The notes under the pieces were generated by a model. That model saw nothing but the letters and a program-made list of their open reading frames with translations. It had not been told where the DNA came from and ran no database searches. The translations under genes were made by a program, and so were the position numbers. Positions 45,405 through 55,484 of a stretch of DNA of 64,000 bases are shown one piece after another (positions within the stretch are counted from its first letter, which is position 1; the number at the start of each line of letters is the position of its first letter). Source of the stretch: Dehalococcoidia bacterium (lineage in GTDB: Bacteria; Chloroflexota; Dehalococcoidia; Lucifugimonadales; UBA3495); the NCBI GenBank assembly GCA_963692995.1, contig OY843611.1:1525994-1589993 (forward strand), given 5' to 3'.

Positions 45405-46454
45405 CTATGTAACGCCGTTGGCCACCAGGTCGATCCGCTGGATTATCTTTTCGGCCAACGCTCTGAAATCAGCGCGTGCATCGCTGACGGCAGCGGCATG
45501 ACTGCCAAATGCGCCGTCGGCGGTGGTCAGCTTAAAAATAGGTTTACGATGCTCCTGTGCCATCGGAACCAGGCTGCGATAATGCTTCATTGTGGCCAGG
45601 GCGTTTTCCGAGTCTTGCTGCGGGGTAGCGGCGTATGGGCCGTCTGCTTTTTCCAACAGGTTGCTGGCATATTCCTTCGGCATCCGGTTCACCCATTTAT
45701 CATAAGCGCTTACCGGACGACTCAAGCGGACGCTATGCTGCTGAACCACATAGCCGACGGGCTGCATACCCCCTTTCGGCAACGGGAACTCCGGTTCCGG
45801 CCAGTTGCCACGACGGCGCTGCCAGTCTTGCCGCCAGCGACGCAGCGTAGGGCCCAGGTTGCGCAGCCCTTGCAATGAAAACAGGTCCGCTCCTAATGGA
45901 ACTACTACATAGTCCGTGGCAATCAAGGCCGAACGGTTGATTGCGCCGAGGTTGGGGCCAATGTCAGCGAGTATGATTTTAGCGTTCACTTGACTGGCCG
46001 CGTATTGCATTATTGTCGAGAACGCGGTCAGTATGCGGAAAGGACGATACAGATTGCTGGAACCCAGCGCGTTGGGCCATTCGGTTGCCAGCGTGTCCTC
46101 GAATCCGGCTAGCGACAAATCCCCTGGAATTAAGCTTAGGTTGCCGTCAATCATAAGTTGCAGAGCAACTTGCTGGAGTGCCGGGTACCGCAAATCCCCC
46201 ACCTCCATTAGCGGCTTCACGCATTCAAAAATGGTAGCGCTGGACGCTGCGGCGTTAGCGCCGTCGTCCCATAGTGACTCCAGCCGCTCCTCATCAAGAA
46301 AAGCGGCCGTAAGATTAGCCTGCGGGTCCAGGTCGCAAGCCAGCACGTTATAGCCCAGTTCAGAGAGCATCCAAGCCAAGTGATAAACTAGCGAAGTCTT
46401 GCCTACTCCACCTTTGTTGTTAAAGAACGTCAAAACCGGAACCGTCATCACCAT
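45405..46454 (-). CDS. ParA/MinD-like P-loop ATPase with a long C-terminal extension
   Basis: 349 aa; deviant Walker A FFNNKGGVGKTS, CDLDPQANLT, ILADIGPNLG; about 150-aa C-terminal domain (MKHYRSLVPMAQEHRKPIFKL); start overlaps the stop of the upstream gene. Confidence 0.7.
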   Translation of the reverse strand: MVMTVPVLTFFNNKGGVGKTSLVYHLAWMLSELGYNVLACDLDPQANLTAAFLDEERLESLWDDGANAAASSATIFECVKPLMEVGDLRYPALQQVALQLMIDGNLSLIPGDLSLAGFEDTLATEWPNALGSSNLYRPFRILTAFSTIMQYAASQVNAKIILADIGPNLGAINRSALIATDYVVVPLGADLFSLQGLRNLGPTLRRWRQDWQRRRGNWPEPEFPLPKGGMQPVGYVVQQHSVRLSRPVSAYDKWVNRMPKEYASNLLEKADGPYAATPQQDSENALATMKHYRSLVPMAQEHRKPIFKLTTADGAFGSHAAAVSDARADFRALAEKIIQRIDLVANGVT

Positions 46455-47728
46455 GCCCCCGTAGCGGCTTTGGCCTTTATCACGGCGATAACGTGATTCC
46501 CTTGGGCAAGTAATTCCAGTTCAGGATGTTCTGATTCCCGCAGCAGTCGGCGAGCTGTCGGTATTCCAACCCCAAAGCGCTGTACAAAGCCAAGAGTTTT
46601 CATCGCTTCAGCCAAGTTCGGATTACGATAGTCGGTTAAACCCGGCTGGCCGAAGTTATCGTGGTTGATAGCTCCGTAGGGGCCACCGGGGCTGATAATC
46701 TCAATCCGGTCATTGAACCAGTACACCCGTACCGGAGCGTTGGTAGCTTCATAAGTGCGGTGCATAACCGCGTTGCGCGCGATTTGCTGAATAGCCGCAA
46801 CCGGGTACAGTTCGCTTCTCCGTTCAACCGATGCGGAAGTGAAGTCGACAGAAATTAGATTGTGAGCGCGCAGTTTTTCGTCGATGCGGCGCAGCACATT
46901 AGGGACAGCTCCGCGAATATCCTCGCTGTCAATAACAGCATCCGACAGTTCCGTCCCATCAATGCGAAGGAACTGTACATAGGCGCCGGGCAGGACATCC
47001 TGCGGGTTCTTGCCGATAACCAGTATGCCCATTACGGTAGCAACCGGGTTGTCCGCTGCCGCAATCATTTTCGTTGCCGCCAGTCGTTCTTCAAGGGTGC
47101 GATCGTTGGCGGACAGCACGTCATCGGAAAAGGCTTGTGGCAGATATTCATACTCGAACTGAATCAGGTTAATGTCGTGCAAGCTGGTAGATGGAACGGG
47201 CTGGAGGTCAAAAGGCCGGTCGCCATAACGACGGCGCTCGTTAAGGATTCGCACGTCTTGCGCCGTTGCGATTCTACGGCTCGGCCCGATGCGGATATGC
47301 ACTCTACCTCGGTAGCTAACCGGCGGCGAATCCGATGGCGCAACGATCACTACGGCTACATCCTTACCGCTGAAAGTCCGCTTCACCACTGCTATTGACG
47401 GCGGCGGCAGTGTATTGCCGTCGGTTTTTATGTCCGCCAGCTGCCGGAGCAGCTCATCCGTAACCTCAATGCCGATGATGGCATGGTCGCTATCCCGCAC
47501 CCCGATAACAACTACGCCCGGCAACCCATACCCCGGCAGGTCGTTGGCGAAAGCGCACACTGCCTCGCGGATTGCGTTGGCGCCGCCGCCGGATAGCGTT
47601 TCTTTGAACTCCACTCGGTCGGCTTCGCCGTCGCTAATTAGTTGCAGTAGCTGTTGGTCGGACAGGCTAAACATAACGGCATTAGCGAGGCGACCTGGCG
47701 CCGGCCCGGTGGAGCCGGCGCCCATCAT
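46448..47728 (-). CDS. AlbA_2 (Schlafen-type 'divergent AAA') domain protein with HATPase_c_4-like C-terminal region
   Basis: SDGEADRVEFKETLSGG...AVCAFAN..GG.VVIGV N-terminal pattern; C-terminal RNAVMHRTYE...DRIEIISPGGP and a terminal HTH-like segment. Start at 47728 abuts the GMC stop; alternative ATG 47674. Confidence 0.65.
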   Translation of the reverse strand: MMGAGSTGPAPGRLANAVMFSLSDQQLLQLISDGEADRVEFKETLSGGGANAIREAVCAFANDLPGYGLPGVVVIGVRDSDHAIIGIEVTDELLRQLADIKTDGNTLPPPSIAVVKRTFSGKDVAVVIVAPSDSPPVSYRGRVHIRIGPSRRIATAQDVRILNERRRYGDRPFDLQPVPSTSLHDINLIQFEYEYLPQAFSDDVLSANDRTLEERLAATKMIAAADNPVATVMGILVIGKNPQDVLPGAYVQFLRIDGTELSDAVIDSEDIRGAVPNVLRRIDEKLRAHNLISVDFTSASVERRSELYPVAAIQQIARNAVMHRTYEATNAPVRVYWFNDRIEIISPGGPYGAINHDNFGQPGLTDYRNPNLAEAMKTLGFVQRFGVGIPTARRLLRESEHPELELLAQGNHVIAVIKAKAATGAW

Positions 47729-49279
47729 TTAGCGCCTTTCCTTGATGAACTCGGCGACCCGCTCGCCGATGGTCATCGAGGTCACGTTGGTGTTGGCGCG
47801 GATGCAGTCCGGCATCACGCTGGCGTCGGCAACGCGCAGGTTCGTTACGCCCTTAACCCTTCCGAATTGGTCCACCACCGACATAGGGTCGCTGTCCGGG
47901 CCCATCTTGCACGTGCCCGATATGTGTTGGGAGGTGGTCACCTCGCGGGCGATCCAGGCGTCCAGCACGGCGTCGTCGGTCTCCGATCCGGCCGGCGGCT
48001 CAATGCGTTCCTGGATCAGAACCTGAAATTCAGGATGCTCCGCCAACTCCAGGCATAAGCGCACCGAATCCCGCAGCCGGACCAGGTCGAACTCCTCCTT
48101 CAGATAGTTGTAGTCCAGGAAGGGCTGCTGGTTGGGGTCGGTGGACTGTAGGCGCAGCTGTCCCGCCCCGGCGGCCAGTTGGATACCGGTGCTCATGCGC
48201 ACGCCCAGAGGCGCCATGCGGTCGCCGCCCCGGTTAATGCGCTCGGTGGCGAAGGATTGCATGCTGATCTTCATGTCGTTGCGCAGGTCCGAACCGGGCG
48301 CGGTGTAGCGCAGGCAAAGCTGGGAGCGCGGGGCCAACCCGTCCAGCTCAACCTCGGGCTTGGTGCGCCAGGTGCACCACACGGTAGGATGGTCGCGCAG
48401 GTTCTGCCCCACGCCGGGAGAGTCATGCACCACTGGGATGCCCAGCTCGCGCAGGTGCTCCGCCGGCCCTACGCCCGACAGCATCAGGATGTGAGGCGAA
48501 CCGATGGCGCCGCTGCTCAGGACGATCTCCTCAGCCTCGGCCACAAAGGTCTCGCCGCCGGATTCTAGCTGCACTCCCACGGCCTTGTTCCCGTCAAATA
48601 GGATGCGGTGAACCTGGCAGTTGGCCTTGATCGTCAGGTTCAGCCGGTGCCGCGATTCCGAAAGATAACCCAAGTTGGTACTCATCCGGATACCGTTGGG
48701 GTTATTGAAAGGAGTTGGGCCGACCCCGTAAGAATCGGGATGATTATGATCCCAGGTTTCGGGGAAGCCGGCCGCCACACAGGCGGCGGAAAAAGCGTTC
48801 TGGACCGGCAGCCAGGTCTCCCGGGCAAAGCGGTGCATTACAATGGGGCCATCCCCGCCGTGGAAGTCGTCATTGCCATAGTCGGTGTCCGTCTCGATGC
48901 GGCGGAAGATGGGCAGCAGTTTGGTGTAGGACCATTCCTCGTTGCCAGCAGCGGCCCAGCCGTCATAGTCCTCCGGCACGCCGCGCAGGAACACCTGCCC
49001 GTTGATCGCGCTGGAACCGCCCGTTACCTTGCCCCGCGGCACCATCATCTCCGGCGAGGTGTCCGTGCCCTTGCCGACAAACTGCCAGTTGTGGTCGCTG
49101 ACCATAATGTCAATCTCGGTGTTGTAGCCGAACTTGACCTCTTCAGGCAGGTGCTCAAATTCCGGATAGTCCGGGCCAGCCTCGATGAGCAGAACGTGCT
49201 TGTTGTGCTCCTCGGTGAGCCGACTGGCGATAATGGAGCCGGCCGAACCGGCGCCAATTACGATATAGTCATACTTCAT
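47729..49279 (-). CDS. GMC family FAD oxidoreductase (choline dehydrogenase-like)
   Basis: AAGGAG SD; [31 protein letters not shown]-terminal HISGTCKMG. Confidence 0.85.
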   Translation of the reverse strand: MKYDYIVIGAGSAGSIIASRLTEEHNKHVLLIEAGPDYPEFEHLPEEVKFGYNTEIDIMVSDHNWQFVGKGTDTSPEMMVPRGKVTGGSSAINGQVFLRGVPEDYDGWAAAGNEEWSYTKLLPIFRRIETDTDYGNDDFHGGDGPIVMHRFARETWLPVQNAFSAACVAAGFPETWDHNHPDSYGVGPTPFNNPNGIRMSTNLGYLSESRHRLNLTIKANCQVHRILFDGNKAVGVQLESGGETFVAEAEEIVLSSGAIGSPHILMLSGVGPAEHLRELGIPVVHDSPGVGQNLRDHPTVWCTWRTKPEVELDGLAPRSQLCLRYTAPGSDLRNDMKISMQSFATERINRGGDRMAPLGVRMSTGIQLAAGAGQLRLQSTDPNQQPFLDYNYLKEEFDLVRLRDSVRLCLELAEHPEFQVLIQERIEPPAGSETDDAVLDAWIAREVTTSQHISGTCKMGPDSDPMSVVDQFGRVKGVTNLRVADASVMPDCIRANTNVTSMTIGERVAEFIKERR

Positions 49280-49528
49280 AGTAGCTACGCTCCTTTTGCT
49301 GAGGCCACGCCCCACCCAAGGCGGGCGCCGACGGAAGCCGGACGGCGACTGACTATTGAATTCAGGCGCAATGATATACGGGGGGCAAGAGCGGCGCAAG
49401 GGAATGATTTTGCCCTCGTGCCTGCTTTGCGGAAATCGCCGGGTTTATCGTCGGGTTGAATTCGCCATTCAACGGGCGCATACTGGCCTTGGCTGAGCGG
49501 CGTAACATCCCAGGGAGGAACGTACCAA

Positions 49529-50509
49529 ATGGCAACGCTGGTAACTGGCGGCGCCGGCTTCGTCGGCTCCAACATCGTGAAGGAACTGGCGCGGCGCGGC
49601 CACGATGTCGTCAGTCTCGATGTGATGCCGCCCGACGGAACCACGAGACAATTCCTGGGCCATCGCTACGCCGATGTCACATTCTGCACCGGCGACATCC
49701 TGGATCCGGGCCGCCTGGACGCCATCCGGGCCGACCACTCCATCCGCAAGGTAGTCCACGCCGCCGTGTTCACGGTCAACCGTACCGACCGTGAAACCGC
49801 CCGCAGCAAGGACATCCTGGACATCAACCTCGCCGGCACCGGCAACCTGCTGGAGTTCGCCCGGCTGGCCCGCGTAGAGCGGTTCGTGTACATCAGCTCC
49901 GGCGCTGCCTACGGCTTGTCCCGCGACCCCGACCAGACCTATAACGAGGACGACCATCCCCAGCCGGGCAATCTGTACGGCATCACCAAGCTCGCCAGCG
50001 AGCAGTTGACCCGCCGCTACGGTGAACTGCACGGGTTCAGCGCCGTCAGCTTGCGCCTCAGCACTCCCTACGGCCCCATGGAACGGATCACCGGCCACCG
50101 CGACAACATGTCCACACCCTACCAATGGACCGGACAGCTGCTGCGCGGCGAACCCATTGCCATCGACACCACCGACTATGGCCGGGACTACACCTACGTT
50201 GCGGACACCGCATCGGCCGTTGCAGCCGTCGTTGACGCGCCGGAACTGCCCCACTACCTCTACAACATCACCAACGGCGTGCCCGTCACCGGCGCTGAGA
50301 TACAGCGGACGCTGGCGGAACTGTTCCCCGAAACCAGGCTGGTGGAACCGACCGGGGCGGAGCCGACCGGCTCTTCCCTCGAACCGACCCGTGGGCCGCT
50401 ATCCGGCTACCGACTGTGGCACGATTTGGGATGGACGCCCCGGTACGACCTGGCTGCCGGCCTGACCGACTACGTGCGGTGGCGAAGGGAATCCGGGTTC
50501 CTCCAGTAG
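49529..50509 (+). CDS. NAD-dependent epimerase/dehydratase family SDR
   Basis: LVTGGAGFVGSNIV, YGITK (YxxxK). Confidence 0.8.
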   Translation: MATLVTGGAGFVGSNIVKELARRGHDVVSLDVMPPDGTTRQFLGHRYADVTFCTGDILDPGRLDAIRADHSIRKVVHAAVFTVNRTDRETARSKDILDINLAGTGNLLEFARLARVERFVYISSGAAYGLSRDPDQTYNEDDHPQPGNLYGITKLASEQLTRRYGELHGFSAVSLRLSTPYGPMERITGHRDNMSTPYQWTGQLLRGEPIAIDTTDYGRDYTYVADTASAVAAVVDAPELPHYLYNITNGVPVTGAEIQRTLAELFPETRLVEPTGAEPTGSSLEPTRGPLSGYRLWHDLGWTPRYDLAAGLTDYVRWRRESGFLQ

Positions 50510-50551
50510 GGATGTTGAAAATTTGAAAACCACACCAAGGAGCAATTAGCC

Positions 50552-51466
50552 ATGGCGTTGCCACCCGACCGCATCGACTACCTGCCCATCATTGACCGCC
50601 CGGTGATCAAGTGGCCCAACAACGCTCGGGTAGCCCTCTGGATCTCGCCCAACGTCGAACACTATGAATACCTGCCCATCAACGAGGGCGTGCGCGACCC
50701 CTGGCCCCGAACTCCCTATCCCGACGTGCAGCAATACACCTACCGGGACTACGGCAACCGCGTCGGATTCTGGCGGATGCTCGAACCGCTGGACAAGCAC
50801 GGCATCCGCTGCTGCATCTCGCTGAACCTGGCCGTGCTGGAACACTTCCCGGAGATCGCCGCGGCCATGGTGGAACGGGACTACGACTTTATGAGCCACG
50901 GCATCTACAACACCCGCTACCTCTACACCTGCACCGAGGACGAAGAGCGGGAGTTCTACCGGGACTGCATTGACACTCTGCAACGACACACCGGCAAGCA
51001 GCTCAAGGGGATGCTTGGCCCGGCCATCTCCGGCAGCGTCAGCACTCCCGACCTCATGGCCGAAGCCGGCTTGATCTATCACACCGACTGGTTCCACGAC
51101 GATCAACCCACTCCGATTAAGGTTGCCAAAGGCGGTAAGCTGGTATCCGTACCCTACTCCATCGAGCTCAACGACTCCTCGGTATTGCGGGACAACCACT
51201 ACACCGCCGAATACTTCGCCGACATCTGCAAGCGCCAGTTCGACCGCCTCTACGCAGAGGGCGCCGAGAGTGGCCGCGTGATGTGCATCGCCCTGCATCC
51301 CTTTTTGATCGGCCAACCCCACCGCATCAAGTACCTGGATGATGTACTGGGCTATATCATGGCCCACGATGCCGTCTGGCAGACCACCGCCGACGAAATC
51401 GCCGAGTACTACATCGCCAACTATTACGACCAGGCCATGGCCCACGCCCAGAAGTTCGCCCTTTAG
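50552..51466 (+). CDS. Polysaccharide deacetylase (NodB-homology) family protein, PuuE-like
   Basis: 304 aa; WPNNARVALWISPNVEHYEY, FMSHG, paralog of the next gene. Confidence 0.6.
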   Translation: MALPPDRIDYLPIIDRPVIKWPNNARVALWISPNVEHYEYLPINEGVRDPWPRTPYPDVQQYTYRDYGNRVGFWRMLEPLDKHGIRCCISLNLAVLEHFPEIAAAMVERDYDFMSHGIYNTRYLYTCTEDEEREFYRDCIDTLQRHTGKQLKGMLGPAISGSVSTPDLMAEAGLIYHTDWFHDDQPTPIKVAKGGKLVSVPYSIELNDSSVLRDNHYTAEYFADICKRQFDRLYAEGAESGRVMCIALHPFLIGQPHRIKYLDDVLGYIMAHDAVWQTTADEIAEYYIANYYDQAMAHAQKFAL

Positions 51467-51515
51467 CTAGCTGGCGCGTACTCAACCCTGCCCACTGCTC
51501 AGGAGCACTAGCACT

Positions 51516-52427
51516 ATGCCCGCCCAACGCGCCTTCGGAATGGACCATCCTCACCACGCATGGTCGCCCATCAACAGCCGGCCCGCCTTGCGTTGGCCCA
51601 ACGAAGCACGGGTAGCCCTGTGCGTAATCCTGGTGCTGGAGCACCTGGAATGGCAGGCGCCCGAGGGAAGTTTCGTGGTGGCCAACCTGGCCGGCGCCTC
51701 TGCGCCCCGGGCCTTTCCCGATTATGCTCGCCTGTCCCACCGGGAATATGGGCACCGGGTAGGCATCTTCCGTCTCCTGGACACCCTGGAGAAGCACGGC
51801 ATCACGGCGACCATCGCCATGGACGCCATCACCGCCGCGAACTATCCCTTCCTGGTGCGGCACTGCCTGGACCGCGGTTGCGAAATCATCGGCCACGGCA
51901 TCTCCGTCAGCCGGATGATCACCGGCAATACGCCGGAGGATGCAGAACGGGAGTACATCCGCACGTCCATCGACGCCCTGGCTCAGGCCACCGGCGTGTC
52001 CCCGCAAGGCTGGTTGGGGCCGGAATACGGAGAGTCGGAACGGACCCCGCAACTGCTCGCCGAGGCCGGCCTCCGTTACGTCTGCGACTGGGCCAACGAC
52101 GAGCAGCCCTTCCCCATGACCACCGGGAATGACCCCTTCTTCGCATTGCCCTTGCTGTACGAGTTGGACGACGTAGCCTCCCTGGCCCAGCGCAAGGTTA
52201 CCGTGGCCGATTACCAGCGCCGGCTGACCGAGTCCTTCGACGTCCTGCATCAGGATGGGGAGACCAACGGTCGGTTAATGGCCTTGAACTGGCATCCCTG
52301 GCTGGTGGGCCAACCCTTCCGCGTCGGCGCGGTGGACGACGCGCTGGCGTACATGATGGCGCATGGCGGCGTCTGGCCGGCCACCGGGTCGGAAATTATT
52401 GACTGGTACCAATCCCAAACCGATTGA
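51516..52427 (+). CDS. Polysaccharide deacetylase (NodB-homology) family protein, PuuE-like (paralog)
   Basis: 303 aa; WPNEARVALCVILVLEHLEW, IIGHGIS, colinear similarity with 50552..51466. Confidence 0.6.
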   Translation: MPAQRAFGMDHPHHAWSPINSRPALRWPNEARVALCVILVLEHLEWQAPEGSFVVANLAGASAPRAFPDYARLSHREYGHRVGIFRLLDTLEKHGITATIAMDAITAANYPFLVRHCLDRGCEIIGHGISVSRMITGNTPEDAEREYIRTSIDALAQATGVSPQGWLGPEYGESERTPQLLAEAGLRYVCDWANDEQPFPMTTGNDPFFALPLLYELDDVASLAQRKVTVADYQRRLTESFDVLHQDGETNGRLMALNWHPWLVGQPFRVGAVDDALAYMMAHGGVWPATGSEIIDWYQSQTD

Positions 52428-52438
52428 CGGGTGAATCC

Positions 52439-53974
52439 ATGGCTTCCTCATTGATTCGCGGCAAGCATGTCCTCACCGCCGATGGCTCCGGCTCGATGGC
52501 CTGCCATTACGATGCAGCGGTGTATCAGGAAGATGGCATCATCAAGGACGTTGGCCCCTACCAGGAACTCCGGGAGAAATATGCCCCCGACACCCAACTC
52601 GGCGGTATCGATTACGCCATCATTCCCGGTCTCGTCAACTCCCACCATCACGGGCGCGGCGTTACGACGCTCCAGATGGGCACCTGCGACGACTGCCTGG
52701 AGGTATGGATCCTTGCCGGCTGGGGCCGCCGCCCTTACGACCATTACCTGATGACCCTGTACACTGCCCTGAATATGCTGGAGTCCGGCACCACCACCGT
52801 CATGTATAACCATCCGCAGACGGCGGCGGCTACTTTGAAAGAGGACGTGGACGCCGTGCTGCGCGGCTTCCTGGACGCCGGAATGCGGGTAGCATTTTCC
52901 AGCTACCTGCGCAACCGGAACCGGCTGGTCTATACCGACGATGACCAATTCCTGGCCGCCCTCCCGGCCGACCTGGCCGACGCTGTGCGCCGCTACTTCT
53001 CCGTCGCGCATATGAGCGATGACGACTACTTTGCCTTCTGTGACCAGATGCGCCGAGAGTACCACAGCCACCCGTCGGGCAAGGTACGGGTACTTTTCAG
53101 CCCGGCCAACGTGCAATGGAACTCAGACGAATTCCTGCTGCGCTGCAAGCAACAGGCGGCCAATCATCAAACCGGCATCCACATGCACCTGGTGGAAAGC
53201 CCTTACCAGAAGGACTACGGCATCCGCGCCTGGGGCAAGACCCCGGTGGAACACTTGCAGGACCTGGAGTTCCTGGGGCCGGAAGTGTCTTTCGCCCATG
53301 CCGTCTGGCTCACCGACCACGACATCGACTTGCTGGGCGACGCCGGCGCAACCGTCTGCCACAACGCCAGTTCCAACCTGCGCCTCAAAAACGGCATCGC
53401 GCCGGTGAACCCCATGCTGGCCCGGGGCGTCAACGTAGCCATCGGCACCGACAGCACCGCCATCAACGACGACGACGACCTCTTGCAAGAGATGCGCCTG
53501 GTCAGCAAGCTGCATCGGCAGCCCATTATCGGCGAACCCGCCATCACCGTCGAGCAAGTGCTGGCCATGGCCACGGCCAACGCTGCCGCGCCCACCGGCT
53601 TTGGAAGCGAAATCGGTATGTTGCAGCCGGGACGCCGGGCCGATATGGTCCTGATACGGTTGGACGGCGTGGCAGACCCTTACTTTGACCCGGACGTTCC
53701 CGGCGCCGAGGCCATTCTGGGCCGGGCCAAGTCTAAGGACATTGCCGCCGTAATCGTGGACGGGGAAGTGCTGCTCCGGGATGGCGCGCACACCCGGGCC
53801 AGCAAGGCCGACGTGGCGCGGGAACTCCGCGAGCAACTGGCCCGACCCATCGAACCGGAAACCCTCGCCACCCGCCATATGGCGGGCCAACTTTCCCCCT
53901 ATGTGGAGCAGTTCTACCGTAGCCGCCCGCCGGCCATGGGAACGCCTCACTACGTGTACAACAGCCGGACCTGA
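52439..53974 (+). CDS. Amidohydrolase (ATZ/TRZ, guanine/cytosine deaminase-like subfamily)
   Basis: IIPGLVNSHHHG metal motif, HMHLVES, GTDS; a TTG at 52424 overlapping the previous stop is an alternative start. Confidence 0.75.
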   Translation: MASSLIRGKHVLTADGSGSMACHYDAAVYQEDGIIKDVGPYQELREKYAPDTQLGGIDYAIIPGLVNSHHHGRGVTTLQMGTCDDCLEVWILAGWGRRPYDHYLMTLYTALNMLESGTTTVMYNHPQTAAATLKEDVDAVLRGFLDAGMRVAFSSYLRNRNRLVYTDDDQFLAALPADLADAVRRYFSVAHMSDDDYFAFCDQMRREYHSHPSGKVRVLFSPANVQWNSDEFLLRCKQQAANHQTGIHMHLVESPYQKDYGIRAWGKTPVEHLQDLEFLGPEVSFAHAVWLTDHDIDLLGDAGATVCHNASSNLRLKNGIAPVNPMLARGVNVAIGTDSTAINDDDDLLQEMRLVSKLHRQPIIGEPAITVEQVLAMATANAAAPTGFGSEIGMLQPGRRADMVLIRLDGVADPYFDPDVPGAEAILGRAKSKDIAAVIVDGEVLLRDGAHTRASKADVARELREQLARPIEPETLATRHMAGQLSPYVEQFYRSRPPAMGTPHYVYNSRT

Positions 53975-53995
53975 CGCGGGTATGGAGAGGGATCC

Positions 53996-55483
53996 ATGGC
54001 CTGGAAAGTTGAAACCGCACCCGGCGCCATGACCGGCGCCCGTTACATCGAGAGCCTCCGCGACCACCGCGAAGTCTGGCTGGACGGCGAGAAAGTCGCC
54101 GATGTGACCACCCACCCGGCCCTGACCGGCATGGTTCACGAGCTGGCCCGTATCTACGACCTGCAACACTCGGAACCCTACCGGGATCAGATGACCTTCG
54201 TATCCCCGGAAACCGGCAACCGTTGCAGCCTGTCGTGGCTTTTGCCGCGCAGCCACGAAGACCTGAAAAGACAGCGGCGCAACAGCGAAATCTGGAACGC
54301 AGAATCCTGGGGACAGCTGGGCCGCAGCCCCGACATCCTCGCGCCCCACATCATCAGCCTGGTGGCCATCAGCGACGCCCTGGGAGGGGTGAAGCACACC
54401 AAGTGCGACTTCGCCGAGAACATCGTCAACTACCATCGCTACTGCATGGAGAACGACCTGTTCCTCACCCACGCCCTCGGCGACCCGCAGGTTGATCGTA
54501 GCCAGCAGCCGCAGAACGCCACCCGCGCCGACGGCGAAACCGAAGTTGCCTTGCACGTGGTAGAAGAAACCAACCACGGCGTCATCGTCCACGGCGCCAA
54601 GCAACTCGCTACCGCTGCGCCCATCAGCAACGAGACCTACGTGTCCCTGTCTGCCACCTTCATGCGCCGCGCCGACCCTCGTTTCATACTGGCCTTCTCA
54701 ATACCCACCAACACGCCGGGTCTGAAAACTCTCTGCCGGGAGCCGGTCTCCCAGTGGCCGGGCAGTTACGGCCATCCCCTCGCCGCAGTGTACGACGAGC
54801 AGGACGCCATGCTGTTCTTCGACCACGTGCTGGTGCCCTGGGATCGCGTCTTCATGCTCTACGATTCGGCCCCGCTGCTGCAACGGCTGGGTTCCGAGGC
54901 CAACTTCCGGGGTTGGGGCAACCTGTGCCGCATCCACCGGCGGATGCAGCTGATGACCGCCGTCGCTACGCTGATCGCCGAGGCCATCGGCGTAATTGAG
55001 TACCGGGAGGTTTCGGCCAAGCTCGGCGAGATGGCCATGCACACCGAGATGTGGCGCCACGCTATGGACGGCGTGGAACACAACGCCTATCCCGCCGACA
55101 ACGGCCTCATGTCCCTGGGGTCAACGTCCGGGATGAACATTTACTTTGCCCAAACGTCGCAGCGAATGGTGGAACTGCTGCGGGAAATCTCCGGCTCCGG
55201 CATGATCATGCAGCCCAGCGAAGCCGACCTGGCCAGCCCGGAGTTCCGCCCCTACCTGGACCGCTACATGCCGGGCCGGGGAGTCGGCGTGGAATACAAG
55301 TCCCGCCTCTTCCGCCTGGCCCACGACCTCGCCGCCTCATCCTTCGGCATGCGCCAGGAAATCTACGAGTACTGGCACGGCGGCGACCCCAACCGCAACC
55401 GTATCAACCTGCTGCGCAACTACGACCAGGCGGACATCACAGCGCGCATCAAGACGCTTATTGCCCAGCCGCTGCCCTCCTAG
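53996..55483 (+). CDS. 4-hydroxyphenylacetate 3-hydroxylase (HpaB) family flavin-dependent monooxygenase, oxygenase component
   Basis: 495 aa; GARYIESLRDHREVWLDGEKV N-terminal pattern, typical family length; no reductase partner in the window. Confidence 0.7.
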   Translation: MAWKVETAPGAMTGARYIESLRDHREVWLDGEKVADVTTHPALTGMVHELARIYDLQHSEPYRDQMTFVSPETGNRCSLSWLLPRSHEDLKRQRRNSEIWNAESWGQLGRSPDILAPHIISLVAISDALGGVKHTKCDFAENIVNYHRYCMENDLFLTHALGDPQVDRSQQPQNATRADGETEVALHVVEETNHGVIVHGAKQLATAAPISNETYVSLSATFMRRADPRFILAFSIPTNTPGLKTLCREPVSQWPGSYGHPLAAVYDEQDAMLFFDHVLVPWDRVFMLYDSAPLLQRLGSEANFRGWGNLCRIHRRMQLMTAVATLIAEAIGVIEYREVSAKLGEMAMHTEMWRHAMDGVEHNAYPADNGLMSLGSTSGMNIYFAQTSQRMVELLREISGSGMIMQPSEADLASPEFRPYLDRYMPGRGVGVEYKSRLFRLAHDLAASSFGMRQEIYEYWHGGDPNRNRINLLRNYDQADITARIKTLIAQPLPS

Positions 55484-55484
55484 C

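Noticed and set aside
53123-54604. 493-aa minus-strand ORF
   Set aside because: It is antisense to the amidohydrolase and HpaB-like genes. It has low-complexity Gly/Ala/Val composition and no start context.
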